Source: a virus (taxonomy: Duplodnaviria; Caudoviricetes). From it: DNA of 43,624 nucleotides. Below, one piece after another: positions 9,268 to 17,269 of the stretch. The translations under genes were made by a program, and so were the position numbers. A model generated the notes under the pieces. It saw only the letters and a program-made list of their open reading frames with translations. It searched no databases and was not told where the DNA came from. Each line of letters begins with the position of its first letter. Positions within the stretch are counted from its first letter, which is position 1. The stretch is taken from the IMG/VR virus record IMGVR_UViG_3300028586_000007, positions 1-43,624 of that record; one strand, written 5' to 3'.

Positions 9268-9506
9268 GGCTGGACCTCGCGCAGGCGATCGACCAGCTGT
9301 AGCCCCTTCGAGCTCAGGAAGGGGTGCGATACCCGCCCGAGGCTTACCGTGAACCAGTTGACGCCCGCCGCCAGCAGGCCATTCGCCTCGAAGTACTCGA
9401 ATGCCTCTTCCATGGCGGGCGCGTTGACCTGCTCGAGCGGCATGTCCACGAAAGGGTTGGCGCGCACGTGCAGCCGCAGGAGCATCATGATTTTCAGCGG
9501 GCTCAC
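9264..9506 (-). CDS. Hypothetical protein
   Basis: GTGA overlap with 9503-9736; MSPLKIMMLLRLHV. Confidence 0.6.
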   Translation of the reverse strand: MSPLKIMMLLRLHVRANPFVDMPLEQVNAPAMEEAFEYFEANGLLAAGVNWFTVSLGRVSHPFLSSKGLQLVDRLREVQP

Positions 9507-9736
9507 AGGACACCCCGCTCGATGCCCATGCGGCGCGCGGCCAGGCGGGCTACCTGCTCGGCGGCCTGCTGCTTGAGGACCGAAGCCTCGACGCGCACGC
9601 CTTCGAAGTAGTCGATGTCCTGCTCGGCGGTCGCCAACTGGTGACGCACGACGGCCAGGCGCAGCGGCTTCGTGGCGCGGCGCACCAGGCGGCGCAGGAC
9701 GCGGGCCGGGCCGCGGAGGATACGGGCGGCGGTCAT
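9503..9736 (-). CDS. Hypothetical coiled-coil protein
   Basis: ATGA overlap with the upstream gene. Confidence 0.65.
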   Translation of the reverse strand: MTAARILRGPARVLRRLVRRATKPLRLAVVRHQLATAEQDIDYFEGVRVEASVLKQQAAEQVARLAARRMGIERGVL

Positions 9737-10062
9737 GCAGCACCTACCGGGGCAGCAGCGGCGGCAAGGGCGGCGTTCACCAGGTCGAGGATCTCGGCTG
9801 GCAGGTACGAGTCGGCGGAGAACGGATCGGCGCCGTGAACTTCGCGGCGAACCGAGCGCAAGGCGTCGACCAGCTGGTGGTGCGCATTGCAGGCGCGGAC
9901 GATGAACTCGGCGTTGCGCGGCGCGATCGACTCGGCGATCAGGTGGCCGCCGTAATGTTGGGTGGCGTCACTTCCCCGAATTTCGGGCACCGGCTCGTCG
10001 GCGACGACGGAACCCATCTGGCTCGGCGCGCCGACGCGCCATGGCGTTTTCGTGTGCTGCAT
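9733..10062 (-). CDS. Hypothetical phage protein (HT.tPW...NA.FIVRACN pattern)
   Basis: AGGAG RBS before ATG 10062. Confidence 0.7.
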   Translation of the reverse strand: MQHTKTPWRVGAPSQMGSVVADEPVPEIRGSDATQHYGGHLIAESIAPRNAEFIVRACNAHHQLVDALRSVRREVHGADPFSADSYLPAEILDLVNAALAAAAAPVGAA

Positions 10063-10212
10063 CCCTGCTCTCCTGGTTGGCGCCGGCGCGGCCGGCTCTC
10101 GAATTGGTGCCGTCTTCCCGGCTGCCAGGGCATGCTCAGTTCCCACTGTCCCTGTTGATTCGGCCGGGCCTGCCTATCCGCGCGTTGAACTAGGGGCGCG
10201 GCGCGCCCGTGA

Positions 10213-10560
10213 TCAGGGGGCGCGCGCGTCCACCGCGCACTCGATGCGTTGTTCGTCGTGGGATTCCTTGCGGCGGCGGGCGCCAGCCGCCATCTCGTTG
10301 CGCGCCTGGCGCTCGCCCTCGTCCAGGGCCGGCTGCTGCAGCAACGTGAGGAAGGCGTTCTTGCCCTGGACAGTCTCGCGGATCAGCGCGGCAAGCGCCT
10401 GGTCGTCGCCGAGGAACGTGCCCAGGTCTTCGATCATCACGGCGGTGTTCAGGCGGCTGCCGGCCTTGAGTGCCAGCAGGATCACGTGCGCCTTCTCGCG
10501 CGTCAGGCGGTCAAGCTCAGCTTGGTGGTGCAGGTCGTCGGTAGGGTCGTGCAGGGCCAT
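10213..10560 (-). CDS. Hypothetical protein, first gene after PL
   Basis: GGAG RBS; lies directly downstream of PL. Confidence 0.75.
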   Translation of the reverse strand: MALHDPTDDLHHQAELDRLTREKAHVILLALKAGSRLNTAVMIEDLGTFLGDDQALAALIRETVQGKNAFLTLLQQPALDEGERQARNEMAAGARRRKESHDEQRIECAVDARAP

Positions 10561-10598
10561 GGTGGTCTCCAGTCGGCGGCTCGGGGCGAACCGTTAAT

Positions 10599-10637
10599 TT
10601 GCATCCTACGCATATTTCGAATATGCGTCAAGCGCAA
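10599..10637 (-). promoter_or_regulatory. PL promoter with two overlapping repressor operators (OL)
   Basis: Minus strand TTGACG-17 bp-TAGGAT (10631-10603); operators TTGCA-N5-CGCAT (10599-10613) and ATGCG-N5-CGCAA (10623-10637). Confidence 0.8.
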
Positions 10638-10697
10638 ATTTCTGATGAAACGGACACACACGAACTGCCAGGGAGCAAGGTACCTGCGCACAGATGC

Positions 10698-10722
10698 AAA
10701 AAAGCCCGCGTGCGGCGGGCTT
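10698..10722 (-). terminator. Intrinsic terminator of the cI operon (t-imm like)
   Basis: aagcccgc...gcgggctt hairpin followed by six T on the minus strand. Confidence 0.8.
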
Positions 10723-10741
10723 GGAAGGGAAGATGAAACGA

Positions 10742-11149
10742 CTACCGTCGTTTGATGTGACGGAGAAGCTCGTGAATAGCGGCCTCTATGTGATCCGTAC
10801 GCGTATAGCTGACATGGCCTATATGATTCACTTGATTCTCGGTTCTAGCCAGCTTGTAGGCTTCCCAAGCCCTATTGAAGCGCAGCCGCTGCCCTCTTCG
10901 CATCAGCAGTCCCAGGGTGACTATGTCACTCAGATCGGGATAACGTACATAAGGGCTGATATTTGCCAGCTCCTCTAGTAGCTGGGCGGAAATAGGAGTG
11001 GCAAGTCCGTTGAATTCCTTGGCCCGATCCCAGTCGCGGCTAAGCCAGTTTCCAACAAGCGCTCCAGCAAGAAAAGTGGCAGCCGACCACAGCAAAGCAT
11101 TTCCAGGAGTGGAAATCCAAGAGGCGAAACTGGTGAGGAAGTCCGTCAA
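10742..11149 (-). CDS. Hypothetical single-pass membrane protein
   Basis: N-terminal hydrophobic helix; low GC; TTG start uncertain. Confidence 0.65.
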   Translation of the reverse strand: MTDFLTSFASWISTPGNALLWSAATFLAGALVGNWLSRDWDRAKEFNGLATPISAQLLEELANISPYVRYPDLSDIVTLGLLMRRGQRLRFNRAWEAYKLARTENQVNHIGHVSYTRTDHIEAAIHELLRHIKRR

Positions 11150-11218
11150 GGTATGCTCGCGTTTCTAATCGCACCATTCGCCGCTGGCATTATATTTTCT
11201 CCAATGATGAGAGAAACG

Positions 11219-11599
11219 TTAATCATTATCCTGCGGCAAATCGAGGCGCACGCCATAATCACCTCGATCTCCAGGGCCGCGATCCCATCCGCCGCGGATA
11301 ATCGCAGCGCATTCGAACACCTCGTATTCGCTCAGCTTCCCGTAGCGCACCGCGCGTCGAAACTCGCGCGCCATGTCTCGCGATAGGTGCCCAACTGGCA
11401 GGCCGTTGATGCGGACCTGAACAGCTTTCTTGTCGTGCGGGTTATCGTCCTGCAGCACTAGGTGTGCGCGCACTTCGAGGTTGTAGCCGTCCTCGCAATA
11501 TGGGCCGCAGATCGTGGTGAAGCTGTCGCGGTAAAAGCTTTCGCCAGCGACGTCGATGGCGTAATGGCCTGGGCCGGTTATCACTGGTATTTCAGCCAT
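11219..11599 (-). CDS. HIRAN-like domain protein
   Basis: VAGESFY...L...DNPHDKKAVQV.I.G..VGHL motif. Confidence 0.75.
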   Translation of the reverse strand: MAEIPVITGPGHYAIDVAGESFYRDSFTTICGPYCEDGYNLEVRAHLVLQDDNPHDKKAVQVRINGLPVGHLSRDMAREFRRAVRYGKLSEYEVFECAAIIRGGWDRGPGDRGDYGVRLDLPQDND

Positions 11600-12008
11600 T
11601 GAGTACGGCTCCGCAGCGACCGCACTCGGCATCGTCAGCGCCACCCATGCTGCGGCATTTAGGACAAATGGAAACTGCCGCAGGCTCTGCGGCCTGAGCG
11701 TGCGGCTTCTCGTTCAGGAAGTCGAGCAGACCCTCACCCTCCCTCAATACGACCGGGTGCGGCGGCGGGGACTTCGGCTGCATTGACGCGAAACCAGTCA
11801 AGATTGCGCCCACGACAGCGAGTACGCCAGAAAAGATAAGGAAGTTCTGCCGCTGCGCCATTTTGTCAACATTCGCAATGTCAGCGGCCGGTGTTCGGAG
11901 GCCATACCCAAGATCCTGAGCAGGGACATGCACACTCACGTCCATATTCAAAGCGAATGCACCGAGCAATAACCCGGCGACCAAGATAATGATCCCGATT
12001 GCCTTCAC
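11592..12008 (-). CDS. Two-TM membrane protein with C-terminal zinc ribbon
   Basis: Two hydrophobic helices; CPKC...CGRC; AGGAG RBS right after the cI stop. Confidence 0.75.
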   Translation of the reverse strand: MKAIGIIILVAGLLLGAFALNMDVSVHVPAQDLGYGLRTPAADIANVDKMAQRQNFLIFSGVLAVVGAILTGFASMQPKSPPPHPVVLREGEGLLDFLNEKPHAQAAEPAAVSICPKCRSMGGADDAECGRCGAVLNG

Positions 12009-12020
12009 GAACTTCTCCTA

Positions 12021-12752
12021 TTATGTTCGCCGATATTTTTTTCGGTGCTCGGTCATCACGCCAATGATTATCAACTTTTCGATATCGCTACGTAGGCTCG
12101 GATAGTCATCATTAAGAGGAACGAGCTCGAAAACGTCATTCCCGTTCGCATCGATTCCTCTAGGGCGATATTTCTTAAATGTCGCCTGAGCCTTACCATT
12201 TTTCGCCACAACAAAATCACCCGGGTTCGGCGCTATCTCTGGGTCAACGATGATTCGATCGCCGGGTCGAAATTCCGGCATCATCGAGATACCTTCAATG
12301 TCGAGCGCGAACGCCCACTCGGATAAATCGCTGTCGACATATTCGTACGCATAGCCCGATCCAGGAGGGTATGGCTCCTCCATATCGGTCAGCGCCCCGG
12401 CCTGAACTGCCGAAATGACGGGCACGGGACGCGCACCTATCACTGCAGGCTTGACGTTCTCATCAAAGGGCGCCCGCCCGTATAGTCGGAAGTGCTCGTC
12501 GCCCGACATAGTGACGAGATTGCCTTCTTCCACAGCGCGTTCCCCAAGCGGCTTTATGTGCTCCAGAAACAGGGCTGCCACAGGAACATTCAACGCCGCA
12601 GCGATCTTGCTTAGCGTCTGGTCGCTGTAGCCCTGCATCCCCCGCTCCAAGCGTGACAAATTCCCCACATCGCTATCGATCTGGATGGCCAGCTGGTTCA
12701 GCGTCAGGCCCTTCTCCTTGCGGAGTTTGCGGATTGTGTTGCCAATACTCAT
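12021..12752 (-). CDS. cI: CI-type repressor (HTH plus S24 peptidase)
   Basis: XRE HTH; VQAG cleavage site, GISM catalytic Ser, TFKKY catalytic Lys. Confidence 0.92.
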   Translation of the reverse strand: MSIGNTIRKLRKEKGLTLNQLAIQIDSDVGNLSRLERGMQGYSDQTLSKIAAALNVPVAALFLEHIKPLGERAVEEGNLVTMSGDEHFRLYGRAPFDENVKPAVIGARPVPVISAVQAGALTDMEEPYPPGSGYAYEYVDSDLSEWAFALDIEGISMMPEFRPGDRIIVDPEIAPNPGDFVVAKNGKAQATFKKYRPRGIDANGNDVFELVPLNDDYPSLRSDIEKLIIIGVMTEHRKKYRRT

Positions 12753-12759
12753 ACATTTC

Positions 12760-12836
12760 ATCATCAGGCTTTCTTGCGGGAGACGCAAAGCGTATTGCGC
12801 AAATTTTGGATCGTGCGTAATATGCGTACTACGCAA
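12760..12836. promoter_or_regulatory. OR region: PRM, PR and three operators
   Basis: Operators at 12774-12788, 12788-12802 and 12822-12836 (WWGCG-N5-CGCAA); PR TTGCGC-17-TAATAT (12795-12823, +); PRM TTGCGT-17-GATGAT (-). Confidence 0.75.
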
Positions 12837-12853
12837 ATTCACTCAGGTACAAA

Positions 12854-13084
12854 ATGAAATCACCACTTCGCCAAATCCGCGAGCGCAAGGGCCAGACCAT
12901 TGTTGAGGTCGGCCGCGCGGTGTCGCTCGATCCCGGGAACTTGTCGCGCATCGAAAACTGCAAGCAGAAGGCCTCGACTGAGTTGGCCGAGAAGCTGGCC
13001 AAACACTTCGACAACGAAATCACCGAGATGGAAATTTTGTACCCGGACCGCTTCACCGTGACAGAAGCGTCGGCGCGCGCCTGA
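12854..13084 (+). CDS. cro: Cro-like XRE regulator
   Basis: Short HTH divergent from cI; helix PGNLSRIE resembles the cI helix VGNLSRLE. Confidence 0.88.
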   Translation: MKSPLRQIRERKGQTIVEVGRAVSLDPGNLSRIENCKQKASTELAEKLAKHFDNEITEMEILYPDRFTVTEASARA

Positions 13085-13204
13085 ATAGCCGCCGCAGCAC
13101 GCTGCGGGCTGCGGCACGGCTGCGAACTTGAGACTCAGATTTTCCATGCTCGCATTGTCCAGCTGACAAAGTTTCCCCGCCTCATTTGTTTCAAGGAAAA
13201 CCAC

Positions 13205-13654
13205 ATGAACTACAAAGACGCCTTCCATAGAACCGTGCATAACACCCCAGGCGGCTGCGAGGCGCTGGCCGTGCGCATGGGCTATACCGCCGGCCTGCTG
13301 CGCAACAAGGCGAACCCGAACAGCTCGACCAACGTGTTGACGATGGACGATGCCTCGCGCGTGATGGAGATCACTGGCGATTACGAGGTGCTGCACGCGC
13401 TGGCGCGCGAGCACGGCTTCACCTGCACGAAGGTGGACGAGCAGCCCGCCGGCGACATGGCCGTGCTGGAGACCACCACCGACATCTGGGCGAAGCTGGG
13501 CGACCTGGGCACCGCGGTGCACGCCGCCCTGGTCGACGGCCGCATCGAGCAGCACGAGGTCAAGAGCATCGAGGCGGCCACCTTCGCCGCCTTCCGCCCG
13601 ATGATGCAGCTGCTCGCGCGCGTGAACGGCATGGCCGAGAAGCCGGGGGCGTGA
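13205..13654 (+). CDS. Phage regulatory CII-family protein
   Basis: PGG..ALA.RMG....L.NK.NP pattern; position after cro; AAGGA RBS. Confidence 0.8.
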   Translation: MNYKDAFHRTVHNTPGGCEALAVRMGYTAGLLRNKANPNSSTNVLTMDDASRVMEITGDYEVLHALAREHGFTCTKVDEQPAGDMAVLETTTDIWAKLGDLGTAVHAALVDGRIEQHEVKSIEAATFAAFRPMMQLLARVNGMAEKPGA

Positions 13655-13848
13655 TCATGGACCAGATCATCTCCCGCGAAGCCATGCGTCAGCGCGGCGC
13701 CGAGGCGTTCAACGAAGGTCGCTCGCGCGACTCCCACAACATGAACTGGCATTCGCCGGCCCTGGTCGAATGGCTGGCCGGCTTCGACGAGGCGGCGCAG
13801 GCCTGGCTCGCCGAGCAGCAGCTGGCCGGCGAGCTGGCGGGGGCGTAG
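13651..13848 (+). CDS. Small hypothetical protein (Rmf/CrpP-like pattern)
   Basis: G..AF..G.......W..GF; coupled to cII. Confidence 0.6.
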   Translation: MIMDQIISREAMRQRGAEAFNEGRSRDSHNMNWHSPALVEWLAGFDEAAQAWLAEQQLAGELAGA

Positions 13849-13853
13849 GCGCC

Positions 13854-14984
13854 ATGAAACCCTCCGACCTCCAGGCGCTGCCGGCGCCGCTCACCCCGGC
13901 CGACTGCGACCTGCAGGACTTCAAGTTCATGCCGCTCGACGTGGCGCGCTTGCGCGACAGCGACATGGCCAGCGAGCAGACACCTGAGGAGAACTGGTCC
14001 GCGGTCCTGCTGTGGGCCGCGGCGTGGCACCAGGTCCCCGCCGGCAGTATTCCGGATAGCGACAACTGGATCGCGAAGGCGGCCGGCTACCTCTCGCGCG
14101 GTCGCATCGATCCCCATTGGAAGGAAGTCCGCACAGGCGCCATGCGTGGCTTCGTCCTGTGCAGCGACGGCCGCTGGTACCACCCGGTGGTCTGCGAGAA
14201 AGCGAACGAGTCGTGGGTCAGCAAGCTCAAGCAGCGGCTGAAAACGGAATGCGCGCGGATCAAGAAACACAACGACCGTCACAAAACCAGCATCGCGTTT
14301 CCCGAGTTCGACGCGTGGTTCGCGGCAGGCTGTCCCGTGGGACAACCCCTGCCTGTCCCGAAGGACATTACCCCGTTGTCCCCGAGGACAGAAAGCCCTG
14401 TCCCTGGGGACAACACCCCTTTGTCCCTCGACGAAGTGCTGGGCGTCCCCGGTGAAACACCATCCAAGGGACAGGGAGAGGGACAGAGACAGGGAGAGTT
14501 AACTTCAAAAGCAATGAGCGGCGGCGCAAACGACAGTAGTCGCGAGGACGACGACGATCGATTTCCACGCCGCCCTCAGCACCAGGGCGTGAGCCCTGAC
14601 ATGCGCGCCGTCGCAATTGCCACCCTGCTGACCGGCGCCGGCGTGCGCAAAGTAACCGCGTTCCACCCCGCCGTCGCCGTGACCTGGGCCCAGGACAAGC
14701 GCGTGACCGACGAGCTGCTGCTGGCCGCCGTTGCTCGAGCGAAGGAATCGCTGGGCGACGAGCCCTTCCAGGTCCCGTACCTGAGCCCGATCGTGGTCGA
14801 GCTGCTGAACCCGCCGGCGCCGAAGCCCGCGAAGGTCGACAACCACGCCTGGCGCCGATCCGATCAAGGTATCGAGGCTAAGGGCCGCGAGCTCGGGATG
14901 ATGGCTCGCGCTGGCGAGAGTTGGAACCAGTTCGCCGCGCGCATCGACGCCGAGATCGCCAAGCGCCAAGGGCAAGCGGCATGA
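13854..14984 (+). CDS. Replication initiator (DUF1376/YdaU-like)
   Basis: FMPLDV.RLRDS, LW..AWHQVPAGSIPD, DGRWYHPVV.EKA; internal iterons. Confidence 0.8.
   Translation: MKPSDLQALPAPLTPADCDLQDFKFMPLDVARLRDSDMASEQTPEENWSAVLLWAAAWHQVPAGSIPDSDNWIAKAAGYLSRGRIDPHWKEVRTGAMRGFVLCSDGRWYHPVVCEKANESWVSKLKQRLKTECARIKKHNDRHKTSIAFPEFDAWFAAGCPVGQPLPVPKDITPLSPRTESPVPGDNTPLSLDEVLGVPGETPSKGQGEGQRQGELTSKAMSGGANDSSREDDDDRFPRRPQHQGVSPDMRAVAIATLLTGAGVRKVTAFHPAVAVTWAQDKRVTDELLLAAVARAKESLGDEPFQVPYLSPIVVELLNPPAPKPAKVDNHAWRRSDQGIEAKGRELGMMARAGESWNQFAARIDAEIAKRQGQAA
14331..14435. repeat. Iteron array, probable phage replication origin
   Basis: Palindromic TGTCC-N4-GGACA at 14331, 14354, 14377 and 14399, with a partial copy at 14422; 22-23 bp period. 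Confidence 0.8.
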
Positions 14985-15208
14985 GCGACCACCAGCCCTG
15001 CAGCACGTGCAACCGCTTCACGCCGTCCGCCGTGAAGGCCGAGGAGCGGCCAGGCCACTGCAGCGGCTGGGAGAAGCCCGTATTGCCGACCAATGTCGAG
15101 CGCCCATGCGTGCTGTTCCTCGAGCGCGATACCTGGCAGGCCCGGAAAGTCGAGCGGGACATCAGCAAAAGCCAGTTCCCGCGCGATCGGAAGCTGGCGA
15201 AGGTTTGA
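14981..15208 (+). CDS. Small Cys-rich hypothetical protein
   Basis: ATGA overlap; CxxC...C...C. Confidence 0.65.
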   Translation: MSDHQPCSTCNRFTPSAVKAEERPGHCSGWEKPVLPTNVERPCVLFLERDTWQARKVERDISKSQFPRDRKLAKV

Positions 15209-15270
15209 CCAACGAGACCATTTCGCGCGCGAGCGCACAACCACAGCACCACGACGAAACGGAGAGAGCA

Positions 15271-15645
15271 ATGGCAGATGTGACCGGACCAATTTCGACC
15301 TTACCAGGAAGCCGCCACGAGAGCCCGAAGGCGGCGATGTGTGACAGCCATCCTCATCGACCGGCCGTCGCACGCATACAGGGCGAGACTGACGCGTTTG
15401 GCTCGGAAATGGTCGACGCATGCCAGGAATGCGCCACCGAAATGCGGGAAGCCAGAAACGCAGCAAGCGCTGGCCGCTGCGACTGGTGCGGATCCAATGC
15501 AACCGACCTTCGCCCTAGGCGTGACTACGAAGAAGGCATGTCGGGACGGGTCTACGACGTCTGTGGCGCCTGCGTTCGCAGGGAAAACGAGCAGGTGCAC
15601 GAGGAACTGGAAGCGCTTGGCTACTACGACGACAACTACGACTAA
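15271..15645 (+). CDS. Zinc-finger hypothetical protein
   Basis: GGAG RBS; CxxH and three CxxC pairs. Confidence 0.7.
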   Translation: MADVTGPISTLPGSRHESPKAAMCDSHPHRPAVARIQGETDAFGSEMVDACQECATEMREARNAASAGRCDWCGSNATDLRPRRDYEEGMSGRVYDVCGACVRRENEQVHEELEALGYYDDNYD

Positions 15646-15700
15646 CCCAGCACCACCAGCCCGACGAAGCGCCGGGCCACAACAACGACACGGAGAACCT

Positions 15701-16159
15701 ATGAACCCGATCACCCTCACCCTGCCCTACCCGCTGTCGGCGAACCGCTACTGGCGCCCGGTGAAGCTCGGCGCCCACATCAGCATCGTCCCGACGAAGG
15801 AGGCGAAAGACTTCCGCAAGGACATTGCCGCGCGCTGCCGCGACCAGGGCGTGACCACGGCGATCACTGGCCGCGTGCACGTCGACGTGAAGCTGTACCC
15901 GAAGCGCCCCCTCGACTGGCAGAAGCGCATGCGCCAGGCCGGCGCCGCCTGGGACGACACCGTCATGTGCATCGACATCGACAATGCGAACAAGGTGCTG
16001 CTCGACGCGCTCAAGGACGTGGCCATCGAGGATGACAAGTGGGTCCGGCGCCTCACCAGCGAGCGCATGGAGCCGGATGGCCAGGCCCGCGTGGTGGTGA
16101 CGATCACGGCGATTCCGACTGCGCAGCCGCAGGCCAGCCTACTGGGAGAAGCAGCGTGA
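15701..16159 (+). CDS. rusA: RusA-family Holliday junction resolvase
   Basis: LPYP.S.NRYWR...DIDN..KVLLDAL......DD. Confidence 0.88.
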   Translation: MNPITLTLPYPLSANRYWRPVKLGAHISIVPTKEAKDFRKDIAARCRDQGVTTAITGRVHVDVKLYPKRPLDWQKRMRQAGAAWDDTVMCIDIDNANKVLLDALKDVAIEDDKWVRRLTSERMEPDGQARVVVTITAIPTAQPQASLLGEAA

Positions 16160-16266
16160 CCGCCCTCGCCCTCTGGCTCGCGCTCTCCCCGTTTGTCGGC
16201 CTGGTGGCCGGCTGCTGCATCCGTGCCGGCATGGTCGATCAGGTGCCGGAGGAGGCCCAGCCTTGA
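16156..16266 (+). CDS. Small membrane peptide (36 aa)
   Basis: Overlaps both neighbours by four bases; hydrophobic. Confidence 0.5.
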   Translation: MTALALWLALSPFVGLVAGCCIRAGMVDQVPEEAQP

Positions 16267-16649
16267 CCGACCGCCGTACCTACGACATCGGCGCGCGCCT
16301 GGAGAACTGGGCGCGCGTCTACCGCCCAGGCCGGACCATCGGGATCAGCCCGACGGCGGCCTACTGCGACCAGCTGAAGCGTGAGAAGGAAGGCGAAGGC
16401 GCCACTGGTGAGCGACGCAAGGTGGACGAGGCTGACGCCGACGTAATCGAGCAGGCCATGCGTCACCTGAAGCACCGCGACCGCCAGCTGCTCAAGCTGT
16501 GCTACATCGACCAGCGCGAGCCGCATGTCGTGTGCCGTGTGTTGAGCATTCCACACCGCCCCCCAGCAGCGTTCGTCGCCGCATTCCGAGCGGCGCAGGC
16601 TGCGATCGAAGCCATTGCCAGCTGTAGTGAAAATTTCCACAGCGCATAA
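16263..16649 (+). CDS. Late antiterminator Q-like protein
   Basis: RLENWA N-terminus and sigma-region-4-like C-terminus; directly followed by a promoter and terminator. Confidence 0.7.
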   Translation: MTDRRTYDIGARLENWARVYRPGRTIGISPTAAYCDQLKREKEGEGATGERRKVDEADADVIEQAMRHLKHRDRQLLKLCYIDQREPHVVCRVLSIPHRPPAAFVAAFRAAQAAIEAIASCSENFHSA

Positions 16650-16656
16650 AAATCTC

Positions 16657-16685
16657 TTGACCACAGGAAAACTCAGCAGTACATT
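16657..16685 (+). promoter_or_regulatory. Late promoter (PR'-like)
   Basis: TTGACC-17 bp-TACATT. Confidence 0.75.
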
Positions 16686-16763
16686 CGCAGCCTACAACTT
16701 GATTCCGTCCAGAAATTCGACGCGCGTGGTTTCCCAAATGGGAGCCCCTCGCACGACCAGATG

Positions 16764-16795
16764 AAAGCCCGCTCCGAAAGGTCAGCGGGCTTTTT
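16764..16795 (+). terminator. tR'-like intrinsic terminator
   Basis: aaagcccgct...agcgggcttttt. Confidence 0.8.
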
Positions 16796-17062
16796 GCATT
16801 CTGGGCCCATCCATCCGAGGAGGCGATCATGTGAGCGAACCCGTGATCGAAGCGCAGCGCATCGGCACCGCTGCCACCCTCAACCCAACGGCAGAGGTGT
16901 CGTACGGACAACCCTGCCTCATGGGAGCTTCGCGCCTCACCGGCGTAACCGGTGACCACAACGAAAGCCGACTGGCTACTGGGGGTTCCTGGTAGAGCGC
17001 ACCAGTCGGCTCCCGTGTGGTAAATCCCTGGTGTCTCCGCCCCGCTGATCAATCGGGGCTTC

Positions 17063-17094
17063 GGGCCTGGCCTCCAACAGCCAGGCCCTTTTTT
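17063..17094 (+). terminator. Second late-leader terminator
   Basis: gggcctggc-N8-gccaggccc followed by six T. Confidence 0.8.
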
Positions 17095-17107
17095 ATTCGA
17101 GGTCCGC

Positions 17108-17269
17108 ATGGCTCAGCTCAGCATCACCCTGCAGGTACACCACCGCTGGTGGTTCGGCCCGGCCCTCAAGCTGCTGCTCGTCGTGCACCTGGTCACAGGC
17201 TGGGCGCCGAGCACGAACGCCATCCGCCGGCTGACGAACCTGGGCGTGCGCTGCACGGTCGGGCCATGA
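17108..17269 (+). CDS. Small hypothetical protein (53 aa)
   Basis: GAGG RBS; ATGA overlap with the next gene. Confidence 0.55.
   Translation: MAQLSITLQVHHRWWFGPALKLLLVVHLVTGWAPSTNAIRRLTNLGVRCTVGP

Noticed and set aside
7810-9576. 588-aa plus-strand ORF and other long antisense ORFs (6280-7512, 22362-24185, 31913-34444)
   Set aside because: Shadow frames of high-GC genes on the opposite strand, with no motifs or RBS
13085-13204. PRE promoter or CII-binding site and tR1
   Set aside because: GC-rich hairpins are present, but there is no clear T-tract or TTGC-N6-TTGC repeat
14331-14435. Regularly spaced palindromes considered as a mini-CRISPR
   Set aside because: Spacers are only 8-9 bp, the repeats sit inside a coding gene, and there are no cas genes; they fit iterons
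16800-17060. Phage tRNA genes in the late leader
   Set aside because: No T-loop GTTCRA or cloverleaf could be built
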